64,000 nucleotides of DNA from Takakia lepidozioides (lineage: Eukaryota > Plantae > Bryophyta): assembly GCA_030704615.1 (NCBI GenBank), contig CM060732.1, forward strand, positions 22,258,001 through 22,322,000, given 5' to 3'. This document shows, in pieces, positions 12,426 to 24,934 of the stretch; position 1 is the stretch's first letter, and the number at the start of each line of letters is the position of its first letter. Made by a program: the position numbers and the translations under genes. The notes below the pieces were generated by a model. That model worked only from the letters and a program-made list of their open reading frames with translations. It did not search any database and was not told where the DNA came from.

Positions 12426-14589
12426 ACAAATTCTTGGGCACCCATATTAGGTGAAACCAGGGAAGTATTATAAGTTAAAGATAGATTTTCTTTTATATCC
12501 AATGAATTTACAGAGTCTACTGCTCAACACTCAACCTATCGAGGGGCCAATGTACGGTCTGAAGAGACGAAGGAAAGTTGCCTCAACAATGCAGTGACCT
12601 CATCCAGATCTTCATCATTTGACCTATAAAGCGGCCCCTTATGGTGTGCTTAACTTTTTTTTAACACTTTTTTTAAACACTTGACCTTTATTGAGGGATC
12701 CACCGTTCCGTTATCTCCCCATGGACCCTAGCCTCTTAGGGCCTTCATCATTTTCTTCCCTGCCTAGTTAGGGCAATCAATGTATTATCAGGCTATTGGT
12801 GGGTACACTCCCCCTTGGTATTGTTTAGGCTGCAAGCCTCTTAGTCTTACGGGTGTCGTTTCAAGTCCAGAACGTTTTCTGTCACAGTTCTAGTTTATCC
12901 AGCACGGTCGCCGTGTGTGCATGCCTTATGGCAGCCTAACAAGGGTAATTTTTTTCCCTTCAACAACCTCAATAAAGTTCTATCCAGGGCCTCGCCCCTG
13001 TTCAATTTTTTAAAAAAAACAAATGAGGGAAAATTAATGAAGGGGGTAGTAAACAATTGTTAACAAATAACACTTAGCATTTGCTACTGTGCACAAGTAG
13101 GAGAGTAAAAATTTTCTTAATATTTATGGTAGTTTAACATTTATAGAGGTAACGTTTATCCGGGGCAGACTATACATTTTTCACGCGCACGACATGGACA
13201 TTGTACCTTGGCAAGAGCTAACTTAAGAGTTTGTTGGCTTCTCCCCAAGAAGAGACAAGCTATCCATTGTTTTCTCTTGATGTACCTTCCCCACTTAACA
13301 CATATATATCAAGATCATACCCTCCCCGACAAATAACCATTTTCAGTATATTGTAGATTCTCATCCTTGTTATCCATTCATTCATAACTTGGTGAGTACT
13401 ATAATTTCATTATTTTCAGCTCCTTTCAGATTTATCCCTTATTATATCCAGTTCTCTTCAGATTAGTTATGCCTTCAGCTCTATTATATTTACTTTCTCT
13501 CAATTTTATCAGAATAACCTCCATTATATTCAGTACCTTCCAGTTTTACATCGAATTCCATTATATTCAGTTCTCTTCAGATTTATACCTCCAATTCCAC
13601 ATTCAATTTTATCTTTTTCGCATTTGTTCCTTGCATTTAATCTATTATTATTATTTTCTATGGAGGTGAAAACCTAAAATATTTTGATTCTAAATCTCAC
13701 ATTCGAATATAGATGTGTTGAGTTTGGGAAATGACCTGTTTTTCCATTTGGAATTATTTTCCTTATGGATTCTGCAAATGTTTAGTGAGGGATCATATCA
13801 GAAATTAAAGTTGTAGCAATGATACATCCGAAGTGCTGGAGGAGATAGGGAATATGGCTACACGGCTCAGGGAGCGTGTCGGTTTGTAGATGGGTGATTG
13901 GGAGTGGTGTGGCTACGCCATGAGCAACAGGCAGGTCTGGATTAATCTGAGGAGTGAGTACACAACGAACTGAGATGAATGTTGATCAAGGTTGCAGTGT
14001 TATTACTACATGTTGAGGGTCTATATGGGGTGTTGATTTGGCCTCTCATTTTTGAATAATTGGGAGTTTATGTCGCGCGTGTGGGACAGGCGCGCACGCC
14101 CGCATGGACGCGGGGTCGCCCTCCCCCGCCCCGCCCACCCCCACCTGCCAGCCGCGCACCGCGGTCGGCAGCCCCGCAGCCACCCGCGGCCCTGCCTTCA
14201 CGCCGCCCAGCCCGCCCCCAGACCGCGGCCCCCGCCCGCCCGCCATCGGGTCCCCAGTGGGTCTGCCCTTGCTGGGGTCTGCCCAAGCTCGGTCCGCGCA
14301 AGCTCGGTCTGCGAGGTCTGCCGCGAAGCAGCCCGATCCGGCAGACCCAAACGCACCCCAGATGATGTGCCGCCCATCTCGCCGTGATGCCGCGCTAATA
14401 TCGTAGCCGCCCGGATTTAGGGCATGGCAGCCGCCGCCAATCATGGGCGAAGACTGTTTCATCGATCTTTTCCTCCCTCTGGTCTGTTCCTGCCAACGCG
14501 CTTCCGTCCTGCCAAGAACGTGCGTGATGTCGTCCTTCGCTTCCACTTTTCCAGGTCGTATTGCAGGTGCTTTCGAGTGCACGAAGGGG

Positions 14590-17500
14590 TACTGCAGTGT
14601 ATATGGCAGCGGCCGCCAATGCCCAACCAGAAAGCTTTTTTATACGTCCACTGCGACAATGTCTTCAAACACCAAAAGATGGGCCATTTTCTTGCAAAGA
14701 CCTTTACTGGAAGAACGAGAGTCGCTCTGGATACATGGGCTCTCAAGTGCGGGTCCACACGGCCTGTATTCCCTGGCAGAGAGTGTCCGACTTTGTACTT
14801 GGAGAGGAGAGTAGAGACGGGTGTTCCACCCAATTTTACATAAATGTGCATGTTAACGCGAAGCCCGGACCGCGAAGAGCTCCAAGAGCTAACACATATC
14901 TAACCTTTGTCATGTCTGCACCATATTCCCGCACTGCCTCTTTGTTCATGCCCTGTGCTTGTGCTTGCCGGACATGTACATGCATGATATGTAGATAGGG
15001 TTTAGGTTGTCTTACATGCTTGCAGAACTCCATGGGTGTCGATGACAAACTCCGGTGTCGATGACATACGACCCTGTCCAGGTATCAGTGTTGCTATGGA
15101 CCAAAGGACAAGCGCACCAACAATTTGACTGTCACGGATCCTAAAGTCAAGCGAGGAGGTCCGGACGTTGGGGCTGGAAGCAGTAATCCTCACAAAGGTC
15201 CAAGACGAAAGAAAAGCCAATACAGCGAGTCTTACAAGTGTGGGTGTCTCTGTTGTTTCAAAGTCTCGCAATGTTATCTTGCTCCAGACATTGGGGTCAT
15301 CACATATTATAACAACATGCAACACCTGGATGTGTCCGGAAAACCCTCTCATGGCGGATATGCTGAGTTCCAGTTCAGCCGATATGCTTATGCTCCACAT
15401 ATTAGCGAGGAGCTCAAAAAGTGGATCATGGAATGCTTGTCTCGAGGCTTGAGTGTCGCCCAAGTCATGATTGAACACAAGGAGCACGTCATGCAGAACA
15501 GTGGCTTGGGAGACGCATGGACACGCGACGACTTTCTCCTCAAGCAAGATGTCCGAAATCTCGCTGAAAAACGAGCCTGACAGACCTTCAAAAAACACGC
15601 TGATGACGCACAGTCCGTGCGTATGTGGAAAGATCAAAACCCGGACTCGGTCTTCTTCTACCAGGAGGAATCATTGGCACCCACATTTCAACATTTTGAT
15701 GGAGATTTGACCTTCACCATTGGGATTCAGACTCCTTGGCAGCGGTAGAAGATGTTGGACTTGGGCCATGCGCGCATCGTAGCTTGTGACGCTACATTTG
15801 GAACTAACCATCACAAGGTCTGCCATGGATCCTCTCCACGGGCTTCTGCTAGCATGATAGCATACTACAATGGTCTCCCACTCTTGTGGTGCATTGCTTA
15901 TTCGTCCTCAATCTCGATAGACCTAATTGTTGTAGACCCTGTCCCAGTACACCCTGTTCCAGCAGACCTTCCACTGCACTCTGTTTTAGGGTAGACCCTT
16001 TTGCGTGTTCACCCTGTTACAGTAGACCCTGTGCCTGTTCACCAAGTTGCAATACACCATGTGCGTTTTCACCCTATTGCAGTAGACCCTGTGCCTGTCG
16101 GTACGACACTGGTCTGCTACAAATTGTCATTTCATGCAGTTCCCCTTGTACACGTTGATGGTGTTCGACCAATGGTTGAACGAAATTCCGGTTGCATACA
16201 TTTTGTCAGCACGCAATCGAACATCAGACCTTATCCCGTGGATGCTAGCATTGTATGATGCCCTCCTTCAGGAAAAGCCCAACTGGCGGCCAAATGCCTT
16301 CATTGTCGACAACGCTAAGCAGAAATCAATGCAATCCGGTATGCCACATCTCAATCTGCCCTATGGTCTGTTGTATGGTCCGCTGCAAGGTCTGTCATGT
16401 CTGGTCTGGTATGCCACATCTCATTCTGCCCTATGGTTTGCCCTATGGTCCGCTTCAGGGTCTGCTATATGGTCTGCCCTGTTTAATCTCATGTTTGTGG
16501 CAGTGCTGAATACGAATGCTTGGTTCAGGCACTTCTGACTTTGTGGCCGCATGCAGGTCTGTTTTCACAGGAGTATGCATTTTCCTTTGCCTATGGCATG
16601 TACGGAACGCCTGGGTCAAGCAATCATGCCTGTTGGCAGATATGGGCGACCTTATGTACTGCAGAGGTGGACCGCAGAAAGAAGACAAAGCTGTGAAATG
16701 GGTTAAGAAAAAATTGAAGACAATGAAAAAGAAATATCTATTTGGTCAGTTGTTCCTCCACTACATTCATGTGTATTGGGTTCCCAAAATCGCTATGTGG
16801 TGTACTGCTGCCCACAACATTCCACATGCAAGCCAAGATACTAATGCGAGCATCGAGGCATACCACGGAAACTTAAAGACGAGACTTAATATGGGCAAAG
16901 GCAAAATGACCGGTCGAAGAGCCGATTGGCTCATATGGGAGTTGACTGGGCGTGTACTGGTCCACTACTTGTACGGCATTCATTTGGGTTTATTCGCAAC
17001 GATAAATAGGAAAAGCACATTTCCAGTGCAATATGTGCAGCCCGTGACATACCTCTTTCACGTGTGACTTTGCCTGCAGTGCCTGGGCAGCCTGCTTACA
17101 TCATCAGCTCCTCCGATCCGAATACAACGTACACCGTGTTCAATCCAGAGTCGCAGTGGGCCTGCTGCACCTGCCCGTAGGCGCTGAAAGGCAATCTATG
17201 CAAGCACCAGGTTCGGGTCATAAAGTTGTTAAAACCAGACCTGCAAGACGGTCTCATTGTCCGGACATGTGGTTCCCACTTCAGTACTGTTCACGGTGGG
17301 CTGGAGAATTTGGACGAACACAATGACATGGCAGCATGCGACTTCGAAAACGGTAACCTGCGTGCAAACGCAACCCCGAACATGGCAGAGTCATTGCTCA
17401 CGGCAGACCTGTTGGAAGCTATTTTGAAACGGGAGATAACCGACCTGCTTGACCTTGTACACAACGACGCATACCTTATACACCATTGCTTATCTGCGGT

Positions 17501-17777
17501 GCGTGTTTGCCGAGGGCAGATGCAGGACATCCTCGTCAAAAAAGCTTCCGGCATGTTACACCCGGCTACAGCACGAGCGTTCAATCGTGTAAAAGACAAC
17601 AACAACATGTCATTGAAGAGGAAAAAAGATTTTGTGGAACATTTTCAAGCTCGGCGGAAAATGAAACTAAATGGGGGGAAACGTGTGTCTGCCCTTCCCC
17701 CTGTTAGCCATATTTACTCGGCTCTGAGGCGGGTGTCTCATCGTCCAGAACTGAGAAAGATGGATCAATCTAACTAA
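14590..17777 (+). pseudogene. MULE/MuDR-type transposase with SWIM zinc finger (disrupted, intron-containing)
   Basis: MULE motifs ACDATFGTN, FPLYTLMVFD, AFIVD, CLWHVRNAW, DTNASIEAYHGNLK and SWIM CTCP*ALKGNLCKHQ. In-frame stops at about 15578, 15746 and 17178, plus frameshifts. Confidence 0.9.
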
Positions 17778-17814
17778 GGAAATGACCTGCAGTTGTCCAA
17801 TGCGGTAGATCAAT

Positions 17815-18040
17815 TCTCACCTGCAGTAGACCAGATCGGCAGACCATTATCGCAGATCACCTGCAGTAGACCAGATCGGCAGACCGTTACCGCATACCAC
17901 CTGAAGTAGACCAATTCGGCAGACCATAATCGGACACCACCTGCAGTAGACCAGATCGGCAGACCGTTATTGCAGACCACCTGAAGTAGACCATTTCGGT
18001 AGACCATGATTGCACACCACCTGCAGTAGACCAGCACTGA
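17815..18040. repeat. Tandem array of about 39-40-bp units (CACCTGCAGTAGACCAGATCGGCAGACC...) between the convergent MULE-1 genes
   Basis: About six imperfect copies are visible, each carrying one or two AGACC motifs. Confidence 0.85.
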
Positions 18041-18189
18041 CTTGTAATAGACCAATGCGGTAGAGCATCTGCGACTCCCTTAATGTGCTTTTTAAAGGTT
18101 TGATGAAGGAGACCAGGAAGTCAAAAAATGAGCCAAAGTGAACCAGTAAACGAATGTAGTAGAGTAATGAAGCAAGCATAGTTCATTGA

Positions 18190-18805
18190 AGCAGACCAAA
18201 GACAGTACACTCGACTAACGATGGGACTGACTTGTGCCCCACATTTAGCCGACCACCAAATTTAGTATACCACTATGTCACGGAGCAGACCAGCAACCGT
18301 GGTCCAAACTCAGTCCACTCCGTGGAGGTAGCAGACCAATAACATTAATTCAGTAGCAGACCACATCTAGGAGTATTGCATACATCGACAGATCAATAAC
18401 ATCGGACCAGCACACCACGTGGATCAATACTCAATACAAAACGTCGACCAAAAGTAGAAGCAGTAGACCACGACAGCAGACTCATGAAATGTTCCACAAA
18501 CCATATGAAGCAGACCAATACAGTACAGGGGTAGCCCAAGACAGTACACTCGACTAACGATGGGACTGACCTGTGCCACCGAATTTGGTATATCATTATT
18601 TCATGGAGGAGACCAACAACCGTGGTCCAAATTAAGTCGACTCCGTGGAGATAGCATACCAATGACTTCAGAAGCAGACCACGGCCAGGAGTACAGCATA
18701 CATCGGTTCACAAGCAGACCACGTGGAGCACTACTCAATACAAAACATCGAGCAGAAATGTTTAGCAGTAGACCATGACAGCAGACTAATGAAATGTTCC
18801 ACAAA
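18190..18805. repeat. About 340-bp imperfect direct duplication inside MULE-1
   Basis: AAGACAGTACACTCGACTAACGATGGGACTGAC occurs at about 18199 and 18538, with continuing similarity. AGACC-rich. Confidence 0.8.
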
Positions 18806-18863
18806 AGTGTACATCATATATAAAAATGAACAGACCTGCACAACAGACCACACGAGTGAATTT

Positions 18864-21800
18864 TCATTTATTGCCAGGCCTAGATGAAATAACCCGGACT
18901 TCGGAAGAGTCTGACACGTCCGAGATCTTCCTAGATGACAACTGTCTTTCTACAACTACATTCTCCATAGTCCTGAGTGCTTTCAAAATGTACTCAACAC
19001 ACTTTAGGCGTTGCCTGCAAGCATAGCGGAATGTAAATCACTTTGAGGTAAACGGCTTTCCTCTCTCTCTAAGTCCTTTGCCACGATCGCCCTTCAACCA
19101 GTCGTAGAACCCCTCGATAAAGGATATGACGTAAAAGCCACATTCCCAAGAGAAGGGTTGTTGTGGCACTTCAGGGACATGAAAATTGAATCCAGTGGCC
19201 GTCTCATCCCACGACGCAGTGTGCGGCTCCAAGCCGAGACATGCTCCATACACATTTCGAACCCATGGCAATATCTCCACGGGTTTGTGCATCTCCTTGA
19301 TTGAGTTCAGATGAGTGAACATGCGGAGCACCCGATCAATAATCACCAAACTCCAATGAGACCTGCCACAACGCAGGGCGCATCAGCACAAGGGAACAGC
19401 TGCAAATCAAAATGGCAGACCCATTGAGCAGATTGGTAGACCTGGGCAGACCAATGTTGCAGACCAGTGATGGTGGACCAATGATAAAGGGCAGAGAAAC
19501 AGTGGTACGCACTTACCCATCAACTATTGGTACCAGTATGTACTTGCACGTCTTCAGGTCCTTCCCCATACGATGCATTGTCAATCCATGCTCCACCTGC
19601 GAGTGAACCCATTCCTGACCTGTACTCCAGTGAATCTTCACTACACTCCAAACCTACGTCGGCAAAATAGCAACATCATTATATGTCTTGACATCCAGAT
19701 CCTTCTGATAAAACCTACACCACAACTCAAGCAATCGGTCTGTAACCTCGGATTCCTGTTTCTCTAGCAATTTGAGGTCCTCGGTGGAAATACTGCACTC
19801 AAATTGTGGGTCATTTTCAAAAAAGTACAGCATTGCTTTTCCCTCAGAGATATGTGCGTTGAAAGTGGAGCCAAATCGGGCAGTGAACCTGCACAAACTC
19901 GGAAAAACCCTTTAAGAACCGGGCTGGCGGACCCAAAAGGACCAGACCTACAACGGATACGGTTCCAGACCCAAGGACTAGACCAACGGAGCAAGCCAAT
20001 GGAGCGGACGAACGGCAGCCACATCTAACCCAGCAGACCCATGAAGCAGACCCATACAACCTTTTTGCTGCAGACCCATAGACTTGGTGTGTTCAGAGCA
20101 TCGCAAGCAGACCAACGACACTTACTTTTGTTTGTTACGCAGCTCCGCAACTTCACTCTCCACTTCCAAGCAGACCTTCCGGTCAGCACTCATGTATACT
20201 CCGGACTTCGGTTTTTTTGCAACGGCTTTTTGGGGGGAAATTGTTTTTAGCCTCGGGTCTGCCACGCCATCTGGTATGCGCTTCTTCCCAGCTCTATTTG
20301 GTGAAGCAGGTTCCTCCAACTTCTTTTCCAATGCAATAGCCGCCTCCTTCATACCCTCCCGGAGCTAGCTAGCTCGGCTTCGCAACAAAATTTTGTCATG
20401 GGGTTTATTAACATTTTGTGGTCCCGTTCTAGACGCTTCCTGCACTCCATGGGTCGAACTGGCTCCTATGGTGGGGGTTATCACTACTGGTACACCCTTT
20501 GTGCTTGACTGCATGTTGAGCACCTGCGACAGACCACGAGCTGAGACCTCAGACGCCATAACCTTCACACGAATATCAGACAACAAAACATCAGCAATGA
20601 CCACCCAAATGCACTGGGAAAAAAAAATGGACTGCAAAAATGCAATGGAATCAGACCTTTGTGGGTGCTGTGGGTGTCTGCAATTGCACCACTCCTGTGG
20701 CAGGTACATCTTCGACTACAGTGACTGGTTCCACAGAATGAGAAGGGACAGAAACATGTGCGTGTGTTTTGACAAGGTCTGCTATGGGGTCGAACATGCG
20801 GAGCACCCTATCAACGGATTGGTCTATTGCCAGTAGTGGGTCTACAGATGAGTCGGGGTCCACAAAAGTAAGCGGCAAAACGGCCAAAGATGCATCCTCA
20901 TCTGCAGTAGACCCTGCCTCTAATAGATGGGGAAGGTCACCGACCAAACTGTCACAGTCATAGTCCATTGTTGCAATTGCAGAATTGGTCTGTACTATGG
21001 ATAAATGAGCACTGACGCCTTCCCAGTTCTGTTTTGGCAGTGCTGTGTCAGAAGGTCTGGTGGCAAGGGTAAGGTCCACTACCATTCTCTGCTTCTCAGT
21101 AGATGTTGCAGTGGGGGGGAAAGGAATTGCTCCTCTCATTTTCGGCAACTCGTATGTGCCAGGGAGGATGGGCGTTGCTTCCTGCGTTATCGCCAGGTCT
21201 CCAGATGGTCTGATGTCCTGCACTGGCAAGGTTTGCTGATGTTGGAATGGTGAGGTGTCGGCATCCATACCTGCGTCGCGATGCACTTCTGCAGTGCATT
21301 TGTCAAGCAATGTACCAGCCAGGGTGTCCTCCGGCAAGGTATGATCTTCTCTCCTCTGCTCCAGCAAGGTCTGATGAGGTCTGCACTGGTCGGGAAATGT
21401 CTGCTCTGAGACGGTCTGGTCTGGTCTGGTCTGGTCTTTTGGGGTATGGATCATCTAGAGTCCTACACTGTGGTCTGGTCTGATGTGGTCTGGTCTTCTG
21501 TGGTTTGCTCTTGTCTTGTCTGGTGTGGGGTGGTCTGGTCTGATTTGGTGTGGTCTGGTCGTGTCTGGTCTTGTCGGGTCTGTTGTGGTGTGCTCTGGCC
21601 TGCACTGGTCTGCTCAGGTCTGATTTCCACTGCAGCGGTTTGCTTTGCCAAGGTGATGGGTGCCCGCTGATCTGGAAAGGTCTGCCCATGTCCGATCTAG
21701 AAGTTGTTATCTGCAAAGGTCTGCATAACCAAGGTCTCCCCGGTAATTTCGGGTAAGGTGTGCAATGCCTCCACGAAAGTCTGTTTTGGCAACGAAAAGT

Positions 21801-24800
21801 TTTTGTCACCCACATTCTCTGGCTTGGGATCACTGGCAATCCAGTCGGGGGTCTGCTGTTCCTTATTCTCCGTAATCCAATCGGGGGTCTGCTGGTTGGC
21901 ATGTTGGTACTTGGGATTTGGCTGGGAAGGGTCTGCTCGCTCCACAGTCTGCTTGCTGCGGGTCTCCTGGGTCTCCATGGGAGTTGGGTTCTGTGTGTCT
22001 GTTGTTGTACGAACTCCAATGAGTCTACACTTAACGGGTGACTCAACTCCAGTACGGCCACGGAGGGCTCGTAGAAGCTGCCTTGCGCCATTGGCGTACT
22101 GGTCAAGAGCATTCCGAACAAGCTCGTCATTTGGATCATACTCTGCAACATGTCACAAACACGTCAAAAACAAAGCACTCATCCCCGGTCTACTAACAAA
22201 CGGAAGAATACATGGGGGTATTATTCACATGGGGCTCTGTTGGTTGTCATGGTTCATAAAGTCTGCTAGAAGGTCTTCGTTCGTGGTCAACGTCAAGGTC
22301 TGTTTAAAAGGTCTGTTCAAAAGGTCTGTTCCAAAGGTCTGTTCAAAAGGTCTGTGTAAAAGGTCTGTTTAAAAGGTCGGTGTAAAAGGTCTGTTAACAA
22401 GGTCTGTTAGGTCTGATGACATACCATGATCTAGGACTGTGGTCCATAGCCCAATATCTTTCATAAGCCGATCCATGAAGGCTTCGTCAAGCTCTCCCAG
22501 AGCTGCAACACGGTCCTCTGCTGGAAACCCGCTCCAGAGTACTTGGAAAGCATGTCGTTTGTTGAATGCAATGTCGAAAACCGCATGCTCCTGCACAGTC
22601 ACTAACCACATCATGGCGTCTTGCGTGATACTTTCCCGAGCCTCTTCGCTTCCGTGCAGCAGGTCCATCCACAGGTTGTGAAGGTCTTTTTTTAATTTGG
22701 TGTAAGACCTGAAATTGCCAAATTGCATCCATTGACGGCGGAAGAAACAATCTGCCATCTCCTCAAAAGCAGTCTCTGTCAAGCTCGCTAAGTGCTTTGG
22801 ATGAACACCAAATATTGGGTGGGCGATGGTCATGTGCCTTCTCCAGTGGGCGTGGGTTGTGCATGAGAAAGAGCTGCGCAATAAGCGGGGGCTCGGTCTC
22901 CTCTGCCAGAAGCGCCACTCCATACTCACGGGCTTTGTCCAAAACACGAGTCGCCTCCTCCGCCGTGAACTCCATTGAGGAGTGCTACGGAGCAAAGGTC
23001 CACCGAGAGGCGACGATGCGGTGAAGCTCATTGTACCAGTCTAGATGCCGATTGCTTTCCCCACAACGAAACTTCGGAAGAGTGGGGTCCTCCTCATCAA
23101 TTGCAGACCGCTGTGGAGGACGCCATGGTCTACCAAATGGGAAAACAGTTCGACCACGCAATGTGGTCTGCTGAGGGTTTGCTGAAGAGGTACGAAGGTC
23201 CGCCGGAGGACGGGTCACGGAAGAAAGGTCCACTGAGCCGGGTCTGCTAGTCTGACCGGTGCTGTCAAAAGCCTTCACAGCAGACGGAGGGAGGCCTGCT
23301 GCGCGGCCAGTGGTACCATCCTGAATTGATGCAATGGCATTAGCCAACTGTGGATACAGACTCAGGATGTAGTCACGAATATCACGGACCTCATTCCGGA
23401 CAAGTGTATTTTCCAAAGAATGACCATTCAACCTGTACTTCCAGATTTGCAAAGCCCTGTACACTCGGTTGTCTTGCGCATTCGCCTCCTGAAAACAAAC
23501 ATCAATATTGGCCTTCACATTAGACCAGTAGACCATAGAGCAGTAGACCATAGACTAGTAGATTGGGCCAGTAGACCATACACCAGTAGGCCATTACAGT
23601 AGACCAGTAGAGCATAGTAGTAGACCATAGCCATGGGCCCATGCAGTAGACCACAGCCACGGCAGTAGTGCGCCTTTCAAAGCAACTGCAGTACCATGTT
23701 ACGCAAAGCAGACCCAAAACAGTAGACGGTTCGCAGCAGACCACATATATAATAATAATAATAAAAACACTATGATTTGCAACAGGGGAAAATAGTCGTA
23801 CGGTTCTGGACCTATAGAGCAGACCACAGCCAGAACAAGTAATGCAGTACCATGTACAGAATAGCAGACCCAGAACAGTAGACCGACAGCAGCGGGCCAC
23901 ACATACAACACCCAGCATAGCATATCACTAATTGCAACCAGGAAATCGAAAGACGCAAATACGGTAGGACGGCAGAAAGAGTGGTTCAAGTACCTGGAGG
24001 CCGTTGTAGTCTTCATCCCTTGGGTGTGATCGTGCCTCCACCCACTTCTTCTCGGTTGTGTCAATGGTCTGTTGTATCTGCCCTGATCTCACATAAGCAT
24101 ACAAAAAAGGGAAAAAATCCGCATCTGATTCATTTGGGTACTGGTTTGGCAGAAGACCGTGGGGAAGCAGGTACAATGTGCCAAGGCGGACAGGGGTGCC
24201 TGTTACATCTCCATGAGCGTCAGTCAGGGTCTGTTGTTTCTTGGTCTGCTTGTTGGGTCTGATATGTGGTGGGCGTCGTGGGTCTCCTCCTCGTCATGAG
24301 AGTCTTCCTCACTTGAATCATCCCCACTGGACGACAAAGTTGAAACGGCAGCCTGTGGTCTGCTGGTATTGGTCTGCTGGGACTGACCTGGTTGCAATTC
24401 TTTGCTACTCACTCTGATATCTCGTGGTATGCCAGTACTGGTACTGCCAAATCTGTGACTTTTGCGGTCTATATTTTTTTTAGCTCCATCACTGAGCTTC
24501 CTTTTCTTCACTGGCACAACGAGGCCGAGGCTCAGCAGGCCGGCTTCAGTGTAATAACGTTGCCGCACTTCCTCAGCAGACCGAGCGACGGCATGCGCAC
24601 CCCTACACTTTGTAGTGATTTCTTTTTCGGCCTTAGACGAACTTGGCTTGGGCCAAGGCTTGAAGTTCTCAGGGACCATACCTTTGCATCCTCCATCAAG
24701 GGCATGGCGGCTTAGAGTCTCTTTGTCCTTGACAATATCGGGGCAAAAGGGGCACTGAAACCGATCCTTTGGCCAGTTCTCTTTCTCCTTTTCTACGCGC

Positions 24801-24934
24801 AAGTCCAAAAATGCTTCTATTATTTTAGCATCGTACTCACTTGGCTCATACCAGTACCTTCTCTTGGCTTTGTGGCGAGGGGCATGCACATATTCCACCC
24901 AATCGGCTCTACCCTTTGGGCAAGCTTCTTCCAT
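18864..24934 (-). pseudogene. Multi-exon MULE cargo gene: N-terminal C2HC-like zinc finger, unknown helical domain, Q/T/D low-complexity region, C-terminal Ulp1 (C48) SUMO-protease domain
   Basis: ORF 24224-24934 has CPFC...HALDGGC. Exon-like segments with GT-AG boundaries continue through 23490-22430, 22143-20650 and 20560-20122. Ulp1 exons at about 19887-19515 and 19362-18864 contain HWSLVIID...HLNSI...VPQQPFSWECGFYV. Several stops and frameshifts. That all segments form one gene is an inference. Confidence 0.7.

Noticed and set aside
14046-14620. Many overlapping Pro/Arg/Gly-rich ORFs here and at 26175-26675 and 34656-35006
   Set aside because: They lie in GC-rich MULE TIRs, are open in several frames because of base composition, and show no protein signal.
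17815-18040. Regular repeat arrays (also 27600-28765 and 57078-57440) as possible CRISPR arrays
   Set aside because: The units are contiguous tandem copies without unique spacers, there are no cas genes, and the context is eukaryotic.
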